Shown piece by piece: positions 52,301 through 64,000 of a stretch of 64,000 bases of DNA (positions are counted from its first letter, which is position 1; every line of letters begins with the position of its first letter). A program made the translations under genes and the position numbers. The notes beneath the pieces are model-generated. The model was given only the letters and a program-made list of their open reading frames with translations, was not told the DNA's origin and did no database searches. Source of the stretch: Eledone cirrhosa (taxonomy: Eukaryota); assembly GCA_964016885.1 (NCBI GenBank), contig OZ024740.1:416144001-416208000 (forward strand), given 5' to 3'.

Positions 52301-55300
52301 TGTTGTAACCCAATGTTAGTGGCACTATTTGGAACCTGTTCACTGGTACAGTTCTTGTTGTAACCCAATGTTAGTGGCACTATTTACAACCTGTTAACTG
52401 GTACAGTTCCTCTTGCAATATTAGTGGCACTATTTACAACCGGTTTACTGGTACAGTTCCTCTTGTAACCCAATATTAGTGGCACTATTTACAACCTGTT
52501 CACTGGTACAGTTCCTCTTGTAACCCAATGTTAGTGGCACTATTTGGAACCTGTTCACTGGTACAGTTCTTGTTGTAACCCAATGTTAGTGGCACTATTT
52601 GGAACCTGTTCACTGGTACAGTTCTTGTTGTAACCCAATGTTAGTGGCACTATTTACAACCTGTTCACTGGTACAGTTCCTCTTGCAATATTAGTGGCAC
52701 TATTTACAACCTGTTCACTGGTACAGTTCCTCTTGCAACCCAATGTTAGTGGCACTATTTACAATCTGTTCACTGGTACAGTTCCTCTTGCAACCCAATG
52801 TTAGTGGCACTATTTACAATCTGTTCACTGGTACAGTTTCTCTTGCAACCCAATGTTAGTGGTACTATTTACAACCTGTTCACTGATACAGTTCCTCTTG
52901 CAACCCAATGTTAGTGGCACTATTTACAACCTGTTCACTGGTACAGTTCCTCTTGTAACACAATATTAGTGGCACTATTTACAACCTGTTCACTGGTACA
53001 GTTCCTCTTGTAACCCAATGTTAGTGGCACTATTTGCAACCTGTTCACTGATACAGTTCCTCTTGCAACCCAATGTTAGTGGCACTATTTACAACCTGTT
53101 CACTGATACAGTTCCTGTTGCAACCCAATGTTAGTGGGACTATTTACAACCTGTTCACTGGTACAGTTCCTCTTGCAACCCAATATTAGTGGCACTATTT
53201 ACAACCTGTTCACTGGTACAGTTCCTCTTGTAACCCAATATTAGTGGCACTATTTACAACCTGTTCACTGATACAGTTCCTGTTGCAACCCAATGTTAGT
53301 GGCACTATTTACAACCTGTTCACTGGTACAGTTCCTCTTGTAACCCAATGTTAGTGGCACTATTTGGAACCTGTTCACTGGTACAGTTCCTCTTGCAATA
53401 TTAGTGGCACTATTTACAACCTGTTCACTGGTACAGTTCCTGTTGCAACCCAATATTAGTGGCACTATTTACAATCTGTTCACTGGTACAGTTCCTCTTG
53501 CAACCCAATGTTAGTGGCACAATTTACAACCTGTTCACTGGTACAGTTCCTCTTGCAACCCAATGTTAGTGCCACTATTTACAACCTGTTCACTGGTACA
53601 GTTCCTGTTACAACCCAATGTTAGTGGCACTATTTACAACCTGTTCACTGGTACAGTTCCTCTTGTAACCCAATGTTAGTGGCACTATTTACAACCTGTT
53701 CACTGGTACAGTTCCTCTTGCAACCCAATGTTAGTGCCACTATTTACAACCTGTTCACTGGTACAGTTCCTCTTGCAATATTAGTGGCACTATTTACAAC
53801 CTGTTCACTGGTACAGTTCCTCTTGTAACCCAATGTTAGTGGCACTATTTACAACCTGTTCACTGGTACAGTTCCTCTTGCAACCCAATGTTAGTGGCAC
53901 TATTTACAACCTGTTCACTGGTACAGTTCCTCTTGCAACCCAATGTTAGTGGCACTATTTACAACCTGTTCACTGGTACAGTTCCTCTTGTAACCCAATG
54001 TTAGTGGCACTATTTGGAACCTGTTCACTGGTACAGTTCTTGTTGTAACCCAATGTTAGTGGCACTATTTGGAACCTGTTCACTGGTACAGTTCCTCTTG
54101 CAATATTAGTGGCACTATTTACAACCTGTTCACTGGTACAGTTCCTGTTGCAACCCAATATTAGTGGCACTATTTACAATCTGTTCACTGGTACAGTTCC
54201 TCTTGCAACCCAATGTTAGTGGCACTATTTGCAACCTGTTCACTGATACAGTCCCTCTTGTAACCCAATGTTAGTGGCACTATTTGCAACCTGTTCACTG
54301 GTACAGTTCCTCTTGCAACCCAATGTTAGTGGCACTATTTACAACCTGTTCACTGGTACAGTTCCTGTTGCAACCCAATGTTAGTGGCACTATTTACAAC
54401 CTGTTCACTGGTACAGTTCCTCTTGCAACCCAATATTAGTGGCACTATTTGCAACCTGTTCACTGGTACAGTTCCTCTTGCAACCCAATGTTAGTGGCAC
54501 TATTTACAACCTGTTCACTGGTACAGTTCCTGTTGCAACCCAATGTTAGTGGCACTATTTACAACCTGTTCACTGGTACAGTTCCTCTTGCAACCCAATA
54601 TTAGTGGCACTATTTGCAACCTGTTCACTGGTACAGTTCCTCTTGCAACCCAATGTTAGTGGCACTATTTACAACCTGTTCACTGATACAGTTCTTGTTG
54701 TAACCCAATGTTAGTGGTACTATTTACAACTTGTTCACTGATACAGTTCCTCTTGCAACCCAATGTTAGTGGCACTATTTACAACCTGTTCACTGATACA
54801 ATTCCTCTTGCAACCCAATGTTAGTGGCACTATTTACAACCTGTTCACTGATACAGTTCCTGTTGCAACCCAATGTTAGTGGCACTATTTACAACCTGTT
54901 CACTGATACAGTTCCTCTTGCAACCCAATGTTAGTGGCACTACTTACAACCTGTTCACTGGTACAGTTCCTCTTGCAATATTAGTGGCACTATTTACAAC
55001 CTGTTCACTGGTACAGTTCCTCTTGCAACCCAATGTTAGTGGCACTATTTGCAACCTGTTCACTGATACAGTTCCTCTTGCAACCCAATGTTAGTGGCAC
55101 TATTTGCAACCTGTTCACTGGTACAGTTCCTCTTGCAACACAATGTTAGTGGCACTATTTGCAACCTGTTCACTGGTACAGTTCCTCTTGTAACACAATA
55201 TTAGTGGCACTATTTACAACCTGTTCGCTGGTACAGTTCCTGTTGTAACCCAATGTTAGTGGCACTATTTACAACCTGTTCACTGGTACAGTTCCTCTTG

Positions 55301-58300
55301 TAACCCAATATTAGTGGCACTATTTACAACCTGTTCACTGGTACAGTTCCTGTTGCAACCCAATGTTAGTGGCACTATTTGCAACCTGTTCGCTGGTACA
55401 GTTCCTCTTGTAACCCAATGTTAGTGGCACTATTTACAACCTGTTCACTGGTACAGTTCCTCTTGTAAACCAATATTAGTGGCACTATTTGCAACCTGTT
55501 CGCTGGTACAGTTCCTCTTGTAACCCAATGTTAGTGGCACTATTTGCAATCTGTTCACTGGTACAGTTCCTCTTGCAACCCAATGTTAGTGGCACTATTT
55601 GGAACCTGTTCACTGGTACAGTTCTTGTTGTAACCCAATGTTAGTGGCACTATTTGGAACCTGTTCACTGGTACAGTTCTTGTTGTAACCCAATGTTAGT
55701 GGCACTATTTACAACCTGTTAACTGGTACAGTTCCTCTTGCAATATTAGTGGCACTATTTACAACCGGTTCACTGGTACAGTTCCTCTTGTAACCCAATA
55801 TTAGTGGCACTATTTACAACCTGTTCACTGGTACAGTTCCTGTTGTAACCCAATGTTAGTGGCACTATTTGGAACCTGTTCACTGGTACAGTTCTTGTTG
55901 TAACCCAATGTTAGTGGCACTATTTGGAACCTGTTCACTGGTACAGTTCTTGTTGTAACCCAATGTTAGTGGCACTATTTACAACCTGTTCACTGGTACA
56001 GTTCCTCTTGCAATATTAGTGGCACTATTTACAACCTGTTCACTGGTACAGTTCCTCTTGCAACCCAATGTTAGTGGCACTATTTACAATCTGTTCACTG
56101 GTACAGTTCCTCTTGCAACCCAATGTTAGTGGCACTATTTACAATCTGTTCACTGGTACAGTTTCTCTTGCAACCCAATGTTAGTGGTACTATTTACAAC
56201 CTGTTCACTGATACAGTTCCTCTTGCAACCCAATGTTAGTGGCACTATTTACAACCTGTTCACTGGTACAGTTCCTCTTGTAACACAATATTAGTGGCAC
56301 TATTTACAACCTGTTCACTGGTACAGTTCCTCTTGTAACCCAATGTTAGTGGCACTATTTCCAACCTGTTCACTGATACAGTTCCTCTTGCAACCCAATG
56401 TTAGTGGCACTATTTACAACCTGTTCACTGGTACAGTTCCTCTTGTAACCCAATGTTAGTGGCACTATTTGCAACCTGTTCGCTGGTACAGTTCCTCTTG
56501 TAACCCAATGTTAGTGGCACTATTTACAACCTGTTCACTGGTACAGTTCCTCTTGCAACCCAATGTTAGTGGCACTATTTACAACCTGTTCACTGGTACA
56601 GTTCCTCTTGTAACCCAATGTTAGTGGCACTATTTGCAACCTGTTCACTGATACAGTTCCTCTTGTAACCCAATGTTAGTGGCACTATTTACAACCTGTT
56701 CACTGGTACAGTTCCTCTTGCAACCCAATGTTAGTGGCACTATTTACAACCTGTTCACTGGTACAGTTCCTCTTGCAACCCAATATTAGTGGCACTATTT
56801 GCAACCTGTTCACTGGTACAGTTCCTCTTGCAACCCAATGTTAGTGGCACTATTTACAACCTGTTCACTGGTACAGTTCCTGTTGCAACCCAATGTTAGT
56901 GGCACTATTTACAACCTGTTCACTGGTACAGTTCCTCTTGCAACCCAATATTAGTGGCACTATTTACAACCTGTTCACTTGTACAGTTCCTCTTGCAACC
57001 CAATGTTAGTTGCACTGTTTACAACCTGTTCACTGGTACAGTTCCTGTTACAACCCAATGTTAGTGGCACTATTTACAACCTATTCACTGGTACAGTTCC
57101 TCTTGCAACCCAATGTTAGTGGCACTATTTACAACCTGTTCACTGGTACAGTTCCTCTTGTAACCCAATATTAGTGGCACTATTTACAACCTGTTCACTG
57201 ATACAGCTCCTCTTGCAACCCAATATTAGTGGCACTATTTACAACCTATTCACTGGTACAGTTCCTGTTGCAACCCAATGTTAGTGGCACTATTTACAAC
57301 CTGTTCACTGGTACAGTTCCTCTTGTAACCCAATGTTAGTGGCACTATTTACAACCTGTTCACTGGTACAGTTCCTCTTGTAACCCAATGTTAGTGGCAC
57401 TATTTACAACCTGTTCACTGGTACAGTTCCTCTTGTAACCCAATATTAGTGGCACTATTTACAACCTGTTCACTGGTACAGTTCCTCTTGCAACCCAATA
57501 TTAGTGGTACTATTTACAACCTGTTCACTGGTACAGTTCCTCTTGCAACCCAATGTTAGTGGCACTATTTGCAACCTGTTCACTGGTACAATTCCTCTTG
57601 TAACCCAATGTTAGTGGCACTACTTACAACCTGTTCACTGGTACAGTTCCTCTTGCAACCCAATGTTAGTGGCACTATTTACAACCTGTTCACTGGTACA
57701 GTTCCTCTTGCAACCCAATGTTAGTGGTACTATTTACAACCTGTTCACTGGTACAGTTCCTCTTGCAACCCAATATTAGTGGCACTACTTACAACCTGTT
57801 CACTGGTACAGTTCCTCTTGCAACCCAATGTTAGTGGCACTATTTACAACTTGTTCACTGGTACAGTTCCTCTTGTAACCCAATATTAGTGGCACTATTT
57901 ACAACTTGTTCACTGGTACAGTTCCTCTTGCAACCCAATGTTAGTGGTACTATTTGCAACCTGTTCACTGGTACAGTTCCTGTTGTAACCCAATATTAAT
58001 GGCACTATTTACAACTTGTTCACTGGTACAGTTCCTGTTGCAACCCAATGTTAGTGGCACTATTTACAACCTGTTCACTGGTACAGTTCCTCTTGTAACC
58101 CTATATTAGTGGCACTATTTGCAACCTGTTCACTGGTACAGTTCCTCTTGTAACCCAATATTAGTGGCACTATTTGCAACCTGTTCACTGGTACAGTTCC
58201 TGTTGTAACCCAATATTAGTGGCACTACTTACAACTTGTTCACTGGTACAGTTCCTCTTGCAACCCAATGTTAGTGGCACTATTTGCAACCTGTTCACTG

Positions 58301-61300
58301 GTACAGTTCCTCTTGCAACCCAATGTTAGTGGCACTATTTACAACCTGTTCACTGGTACAGTTCCTGTTGCAACCCAATGTTAGTGGCACTATTTACAAC
58401 CTGTTCACTGGTACAGTTCCTCTTGCAACCCAATATTAGTGGCACTATTTGCAACCTGTTCACTGGTACAGTTCCTCTTGCAACCCAATGTTAGTGGCAC
58501 TATTTACAACCTGTTCACTGGTACAGTTCCTGTTGCAACCCAATGTTAGTGGCACTATTTACAACCTGTTCACTGGTACAGTTCCTCTTGCAACCCAATG
58601 TTAGTGGCACTATTTACAACCTGTTCACTGGTACAGTTCCTGTTGCAACCCAATGTTAGTGGCACTATTTACAACCTGTTCACTGGTACAGTTCCTCTTG
58701 CAACCCAATATTAGTGGCACTATTTGCAACCTGTTCACTGGTACAGTTCCTCTTGCAACCCAATGTTAGTGGCACTATTTACAACCTGTTCACTGATACA
58801 GTTCTTGTTGTAACCCAATGTTAGTGGTACTATTTACAACTTGTTCACTGATACAGTTCCTCTTGCAACCCAATGTTAGTGGCACTATTTACAACCTGTT
58901 CACTGATACAATTCCTCTTGCAACCCAATGTTAGTGGCACTATTTACAACCTGTTCACTGATACAGTTCCTGTTGCAACCCAATGTTAGTGGCACTATTT
59001 ACAACCTGTTCACTGATACAGTTCCTCTTGCAACCCAATGTTAGTGGCACTACTTACAACCTGTTCACTGGTACAGTTCCTCTTGCAATATTAGTGGCAC
59101 TATTTACAACCTGTTCACTGGTACAGTTCCTCTTGCAACCCAATGTTAGTGGCACTATTTGCAACCTGTTCACTGATACAGTTCCTCTTGCAACCCAATG
59201 TTAGTGGCACTATTTGCAACCTGTTCACTGGTACAGTTCCTCTTGCAACACAATGTTAGTGGCACTATTTGCAACCTGTTCACTGGTACAGTTCCTCTTG
59301 TAACACAATATTAGTGGCACTATTTACAACCTGTTCGCTGGTACAGTTCCTGTTGTAACCCAATGTTAGTGGCACTATTTACAACCTGTTCACTGGTACA
59401 GTTCCTCTTGTAACCCAATATTAGTGGCACTATTTACAACCTGTTCACTGGTACAGTTCCTGTTGCAACCCAATGTTAGTGGCACTATTTGCAACCTGTT
59501 CGCTGGTACAGTTCCTCTTGTAACCCAATGTTAGTGGCACTATTTACAACCTGTTCACTGGTACAGTTCCTCTTGTAAACCAATATTAGTGGCACTATTT
59601 GCAACCTGTTCGCTGGTACAGTTCCTCTTGTAACCCAATGTTAGTGGCACTATTTGCAATCTGTTCACTGGTACAGTTCCTCTTGCAACCCAATGTTAGT
59701 GGCACTATTTGGAACCTGTTCACTGGTACAGTTCTTGTTGTAACCCAATGTTAGTGGCACTATTTGGAACCTGTTCACTGGTACAGTTCTTGTTGTAACC
59801 CAATGTTAGTGGCACTATTTACAACCTGTTAACTGGTACAGTTCCTCTTGCAATATTAGTGGCACTATTTACAACCGGTTCACTGGTACAGTTCCTCTTG
59901 TAACCCAATATTAGTGGCACTATTTACAACCTGTTCACTGGTACAGTTCCTGTTGTAACCCAATGTTAGTGGCACTATTTGGAACCTGTTCACTGGTACA
60001 GTTCTTGTTGTAACCCAATGTTAGTGGCACTATTTGGAACCTGTTCACTGGTACAGTTCTTGTTGTAACCCAATGTTAGTGGCACTATTTACAACCTGTT
60101 CACTGGTACAGTTCCTCTTGCAATATTAGTGGCACTATTTACAACCTGTTCACTGGTACAGTTCCTCTTGCAACCCAATGTTAGTGGCACTATTTACAAT
60201 CTGTTCACTGGTACAGTTCCTCTTGCAACCCAATGTTAGTGGCACTATTTACAATCTGTTCACTGGTACAGTTTCTCTTGCAACCCAATGTTAGTGGTAC
60301 TATTTACAACCTGTTCACTGATACAGTTCCTCTTGCAACCCAATGTTAGTGGCACTATTTACAACCTGTTCACTGGTACAGTTCCTCTTGTAACACAATA
60401 TTAGTGGCACTATTTACAACCTGTTCACTGGTACAGTTCCTCTTGTAACCCAATGTTAGTGGCACTATTTCCAACCTGTTCACTGATACAGTTCCTCTTG
60501 CAACCCAATGTTAGTGGCACTATTTACAACCTGTTCACTGGTACAGTTCCTCTTGTAACCCAATGTTAGTGGCACTATTTGCAACCTGTTCGCTGGTACA
60601 GTTCCTCTTGTAACCCAATGTTAGTGGCACTATTTACAACCTGTTCACTGGTACAGTTCCTCTTGCAACCCAATGTTAGTGGCACTATTTACAACCTGTT
60701 CACTGGTACAGTTCCTCTTGTAACCCAATGTTAGTGGCACTATTTGCAACCTGTTCACTGATACAGTTCCTCTTGTAACCCAATGTTAGTGGCACTATTT
60801 ACAACCTGTTCACTGGTACAGTTCCTCTTGCAACCCAATGTTAGTGGCACTATTTACAACCTGTTCACTGGTACAGTTCCTCTTGCAACCCAATATTAGT
60901 GGCACTATTTGCAACCTGTTCACTGGTACAGTTCCTCTTGCAACCCAATGTTAGTGGCACTATTTACAACCTGTTCACTGGTACAGTTCCTGTTGCAACC
61001 CAATGTTAGTGGCACTATTTACAACCTGTTCACTGGTACAGTTCCTCTTGCAACCCAATATTAGTGGCACTATTTACAACCTGTTCACTTGTACAGTTCC
61101 TCTTGCAACCCAATGTTAGTTGCACTGTTTACAACCTGTTCACTGGTACAGTTCCTGTTACAACCCAATGTTAGTGGCACTATTTACAACCTATTCACTG
61201 GTACAGTTCCTCTTGCAACCCAATGTTAGTGGCACTATTTACAACCTGTTCACTGGTACAGTTCCTCTTGTAACCCAATATTAGTGGCACTATTTACAAC

Positions 61301-64000
61301 CTGTTCACTGATACAGCTCCTCTTGCAACCCAATATTAGTGGCACTATTTACAACCTATTCACTGGTACAGTTCCTGTTGCAACCCAATGTTAGTGGCAC
61401 TATTTACAACCTGTTCACTGGTACAGTTCCTCTTGTAACCCAATGTTAGTGGCACTATTTACAACCTGTTCACTGGTACAGTTCCTCTTGTAACCCAATG
61501 TTAGTGGCACTATTTACAACCTGTTCACTGGTACAGTTCCTCTTGTAACCCAATATTAGTGGCACTATTTACAACCTGTTCACTGGTACAGTTCCTCTTG
61601 CAACCCAATATTAGTGGTACTATTTACAACCTGTTCACTGGTACAGTTCCTCTTGCAACCCAATGTTAGTGGCACTATTTGCAACCTGTTCACTGGTACA
61701 ATTCCTCTTGTAACCCAATGTTAGTGGCACTACTTACAACCTGTTCACTGGTACAGTTCCTCTTGCAACCCAATGTTAGTGGCACTATTTACAACCTGTT
61801 CACTGGTACAGTTCCTCTTGCAACCCAATGTTAGTGGTACTATTTACAACCTGTTCACTGGTACAGTTCCTCTTGCAACCCAATATTAGTGGCACTACTT
61901 ACAACCTGTTCACTGGTACAGTTCCTCTTGCAACCCAATGTTAGTGGCACTATTTACAACTTGTTCACTGGTACAGTTCCTCTTGTAACCCAATATTAGT
62001 GGCACTATTTACAACTTGTTCACTGGTACAGTTCCTCTTGCAACCCAATGTTAGTGGTACTATTTGCAACCTGTTCACTGGTACAGTTCCTGTTGTAACC
62101 CAATATTAATGGCACTATTTACAACTTGTTCACTGGTACAGTTCCTGTTGCAACCCAATGTTAGTGGCACTATTTACAACCTGTTCACTGGTACAGTTCC
62201 TCTTGTAACCCTATATTAGTGGCACTATTTGCAACCTGTTCACTGGTACAGTTCCTCTTGTAACCCAATATTAGTGGCACTATTTGCAACCTGTTCACTG
62301 GTACAGTTCCTGTTGTAACCCAATATTAGTGGCACTACTTACAACTTGTTCACTGGTACAGTTCCTCTTGCAACCCAATGTTAGTGGCACTATTTGCAAC
62401 CTGTTCACTGGTACAGTTCCTCTTGCAACCCAATGTTAGTGGCACTATTTACAACCTGTTCACTGGTACAGTTCCTGTTGCAACCCAATGTTAGTGGCAC
62501 TATTTACAACCTGTTCACTGGTACAGTTCCTCTTGCAACCCAATATTAGTGGCACTATTTGCAACCTGTTCACTGGTACAGTTCCTCTTGCAACCCAATG
62601 TTAGTGGCACTATTTACAACCTGTTCACTGGTACAGTTCCTGTTGCAACCCAATGTTAGTGGCACTATCTACAACCTGTTCACTGGTACAGTTCCTCTTG
62701 TAACCCAATATTAGTGGCACTATTTACAACCTGTTCACTGGTACAGTTCCTGTTGCAACCCAATGTTAGTGGCACTATTTGCAACCTGTTCGCTGGTACA
62801 GTTCCTCTTGTAACCCAATGTTAGTGGCACTATTTACAACCTGTTCACTGGTGCAGTTCCTCTTGTAACCCAATGTTAGTGGCACTATTTGCAACCTGTT
62901 CGCTGGTACAGTTCCTCTTGTAACCCAATGTTAGTGGCACTATTTGCAATCTGTTCACTGGTACAGTTCCTCTTGCAACCCAATGTTAGTGGCACTATTT
63001 GGAACCTGTTCACTGGTACAGTTCTTGTTGTAACCCAATGTTAGTGGCACTATTTACAACCTGTTCACTGGTACAGTTCCTCTTGCAATATTAGTGGCAC
63101 TATTTACAACCTGTTCACTGGTACAGTTCCTCTTGCAACCCAATGTTAGTGGCACTATTTACAATCTGTTCACTGGTACAGTTCCTCTTGCAACCCAATG
63201 TTTGTGGCACTATTTACAACCTGTTCACTGATCAGTTCCTCTTGCAACCCAATGTTAGTGGCACTATTTACAACCTGTTCACTGGTACAGTTCCTCTTGT
63301 AACCCAATATTAGTGGCACTATTTACAACCTGCTCACTGATACAGTTCCTCTTGCAACCCAATGTTAGTGGCACTATTTACAACCTGTTCACTGATACAG
63401 TTCCTCTTGCAACCCAATGTTAGTGGCACTATTTACAACTTGTTCACTGGTACAGTTCCTCTTGCAACCCAATGTTAGTGGCACTATTTACAACTTGTTC
63501 ACTGGTACAGTTCCTCTTGCAACCCAATGTTAGTGGCACTATTTACAACCTGTTCACTGGTACAGTTCCTCTTGCAACCCAATGTTAGTGGCACTATTTA
63601 CAACCTGTTCACTGGTACAGTTCCTCTTGCAACCCAATGTTAGTGGCACTATTTACAACCTGTTCACTGATACAGTTCCTCTTGCAACCCAATGTTAGTG
63701 GCACTATTTACAACTTGTTCACTGGTACAGTTCCTCTTGCAACCCAATGTTAGTGGCACTATTTACAACCTGTTCACTGGTACAGTTCCTGTTGCAACCC
63801 AATGTTAGTGGCACTATTTACAACCTGTTCACTGGTACAGTTCCTCTTGCAACCCAATGTTAGTGGCACTATTTACAACCTGTTCACTGGTACATTTCCT
63901 CTTGCAACCCAATGTTAGTGGCACTATTTACAACCTGTTCACTGATACAGTTCCTCTTGCAACCCAATGTTAGTGGCACTATTTAGAACCTGTTCACTGG
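49370..64000. repeat. 55-bp satellite DNA array, >=14.6 kb, ~265 monomers, with higher-order structure; continues beyond the window
   Basis: Consensus TTAGTGGCACTATTTACAACCTGTTCACTGGTACAGTTCCTCTTGCAACCCAATG. Recurrent 50-bp deletion monomer (...TCTTGCAATATTAGT). Confidence 0.99.

Noticed and set aside
49370-64000. CRISPR-like array or repeat-protein ORFs (MPLILGCNRNCTSEQ..., MLVALFTTCSL...)
   Set aside because: There are no unique spacers and no cas genes, and the context is eukaryotic. The 55-bp period is not a multiple of 3, and the short ORFs arise only where variant monomers remove stops.

Overview
AT-rich, repeat-dense eukaryotic genomic DNA, most likely a coleoid cephalopod (octopus), inferred from the SINE families. 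The only supportable host coding sequence is an 82-nt first coding exon of an ArfGAP gene (ADAP1/centaurin-alpha-like, 13280-13361, +). It lies in a CpG-retaining promoter region with ETS/YY1-like motifs. I found no exon 2, so the rest of the window (>50 kb) is probably intron 1. The first 49 kb is a mosaic of tRNA-derived SINEs, RTE/CR1/CRE-like LINE remnants, four Helitrons (two with PIF1-type helicase remnants, one nested in a TTAA MITE), Tc1/mariner and piggyBac-like MITEs, and mini/microsatellites. From ~49370 to the window end is a 55-bp satellite array (~265 copies) with dyad symmetry and a 4110-bp (75-monomer) higher-order duplication. Other points of note are local templated-copy or foldback events, which would create dsRNA-forming inverted repeats. 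I found no CRISPR array, prokaryotic system or intact new multi-gene system. Family names come from motif recognition, not database searches.
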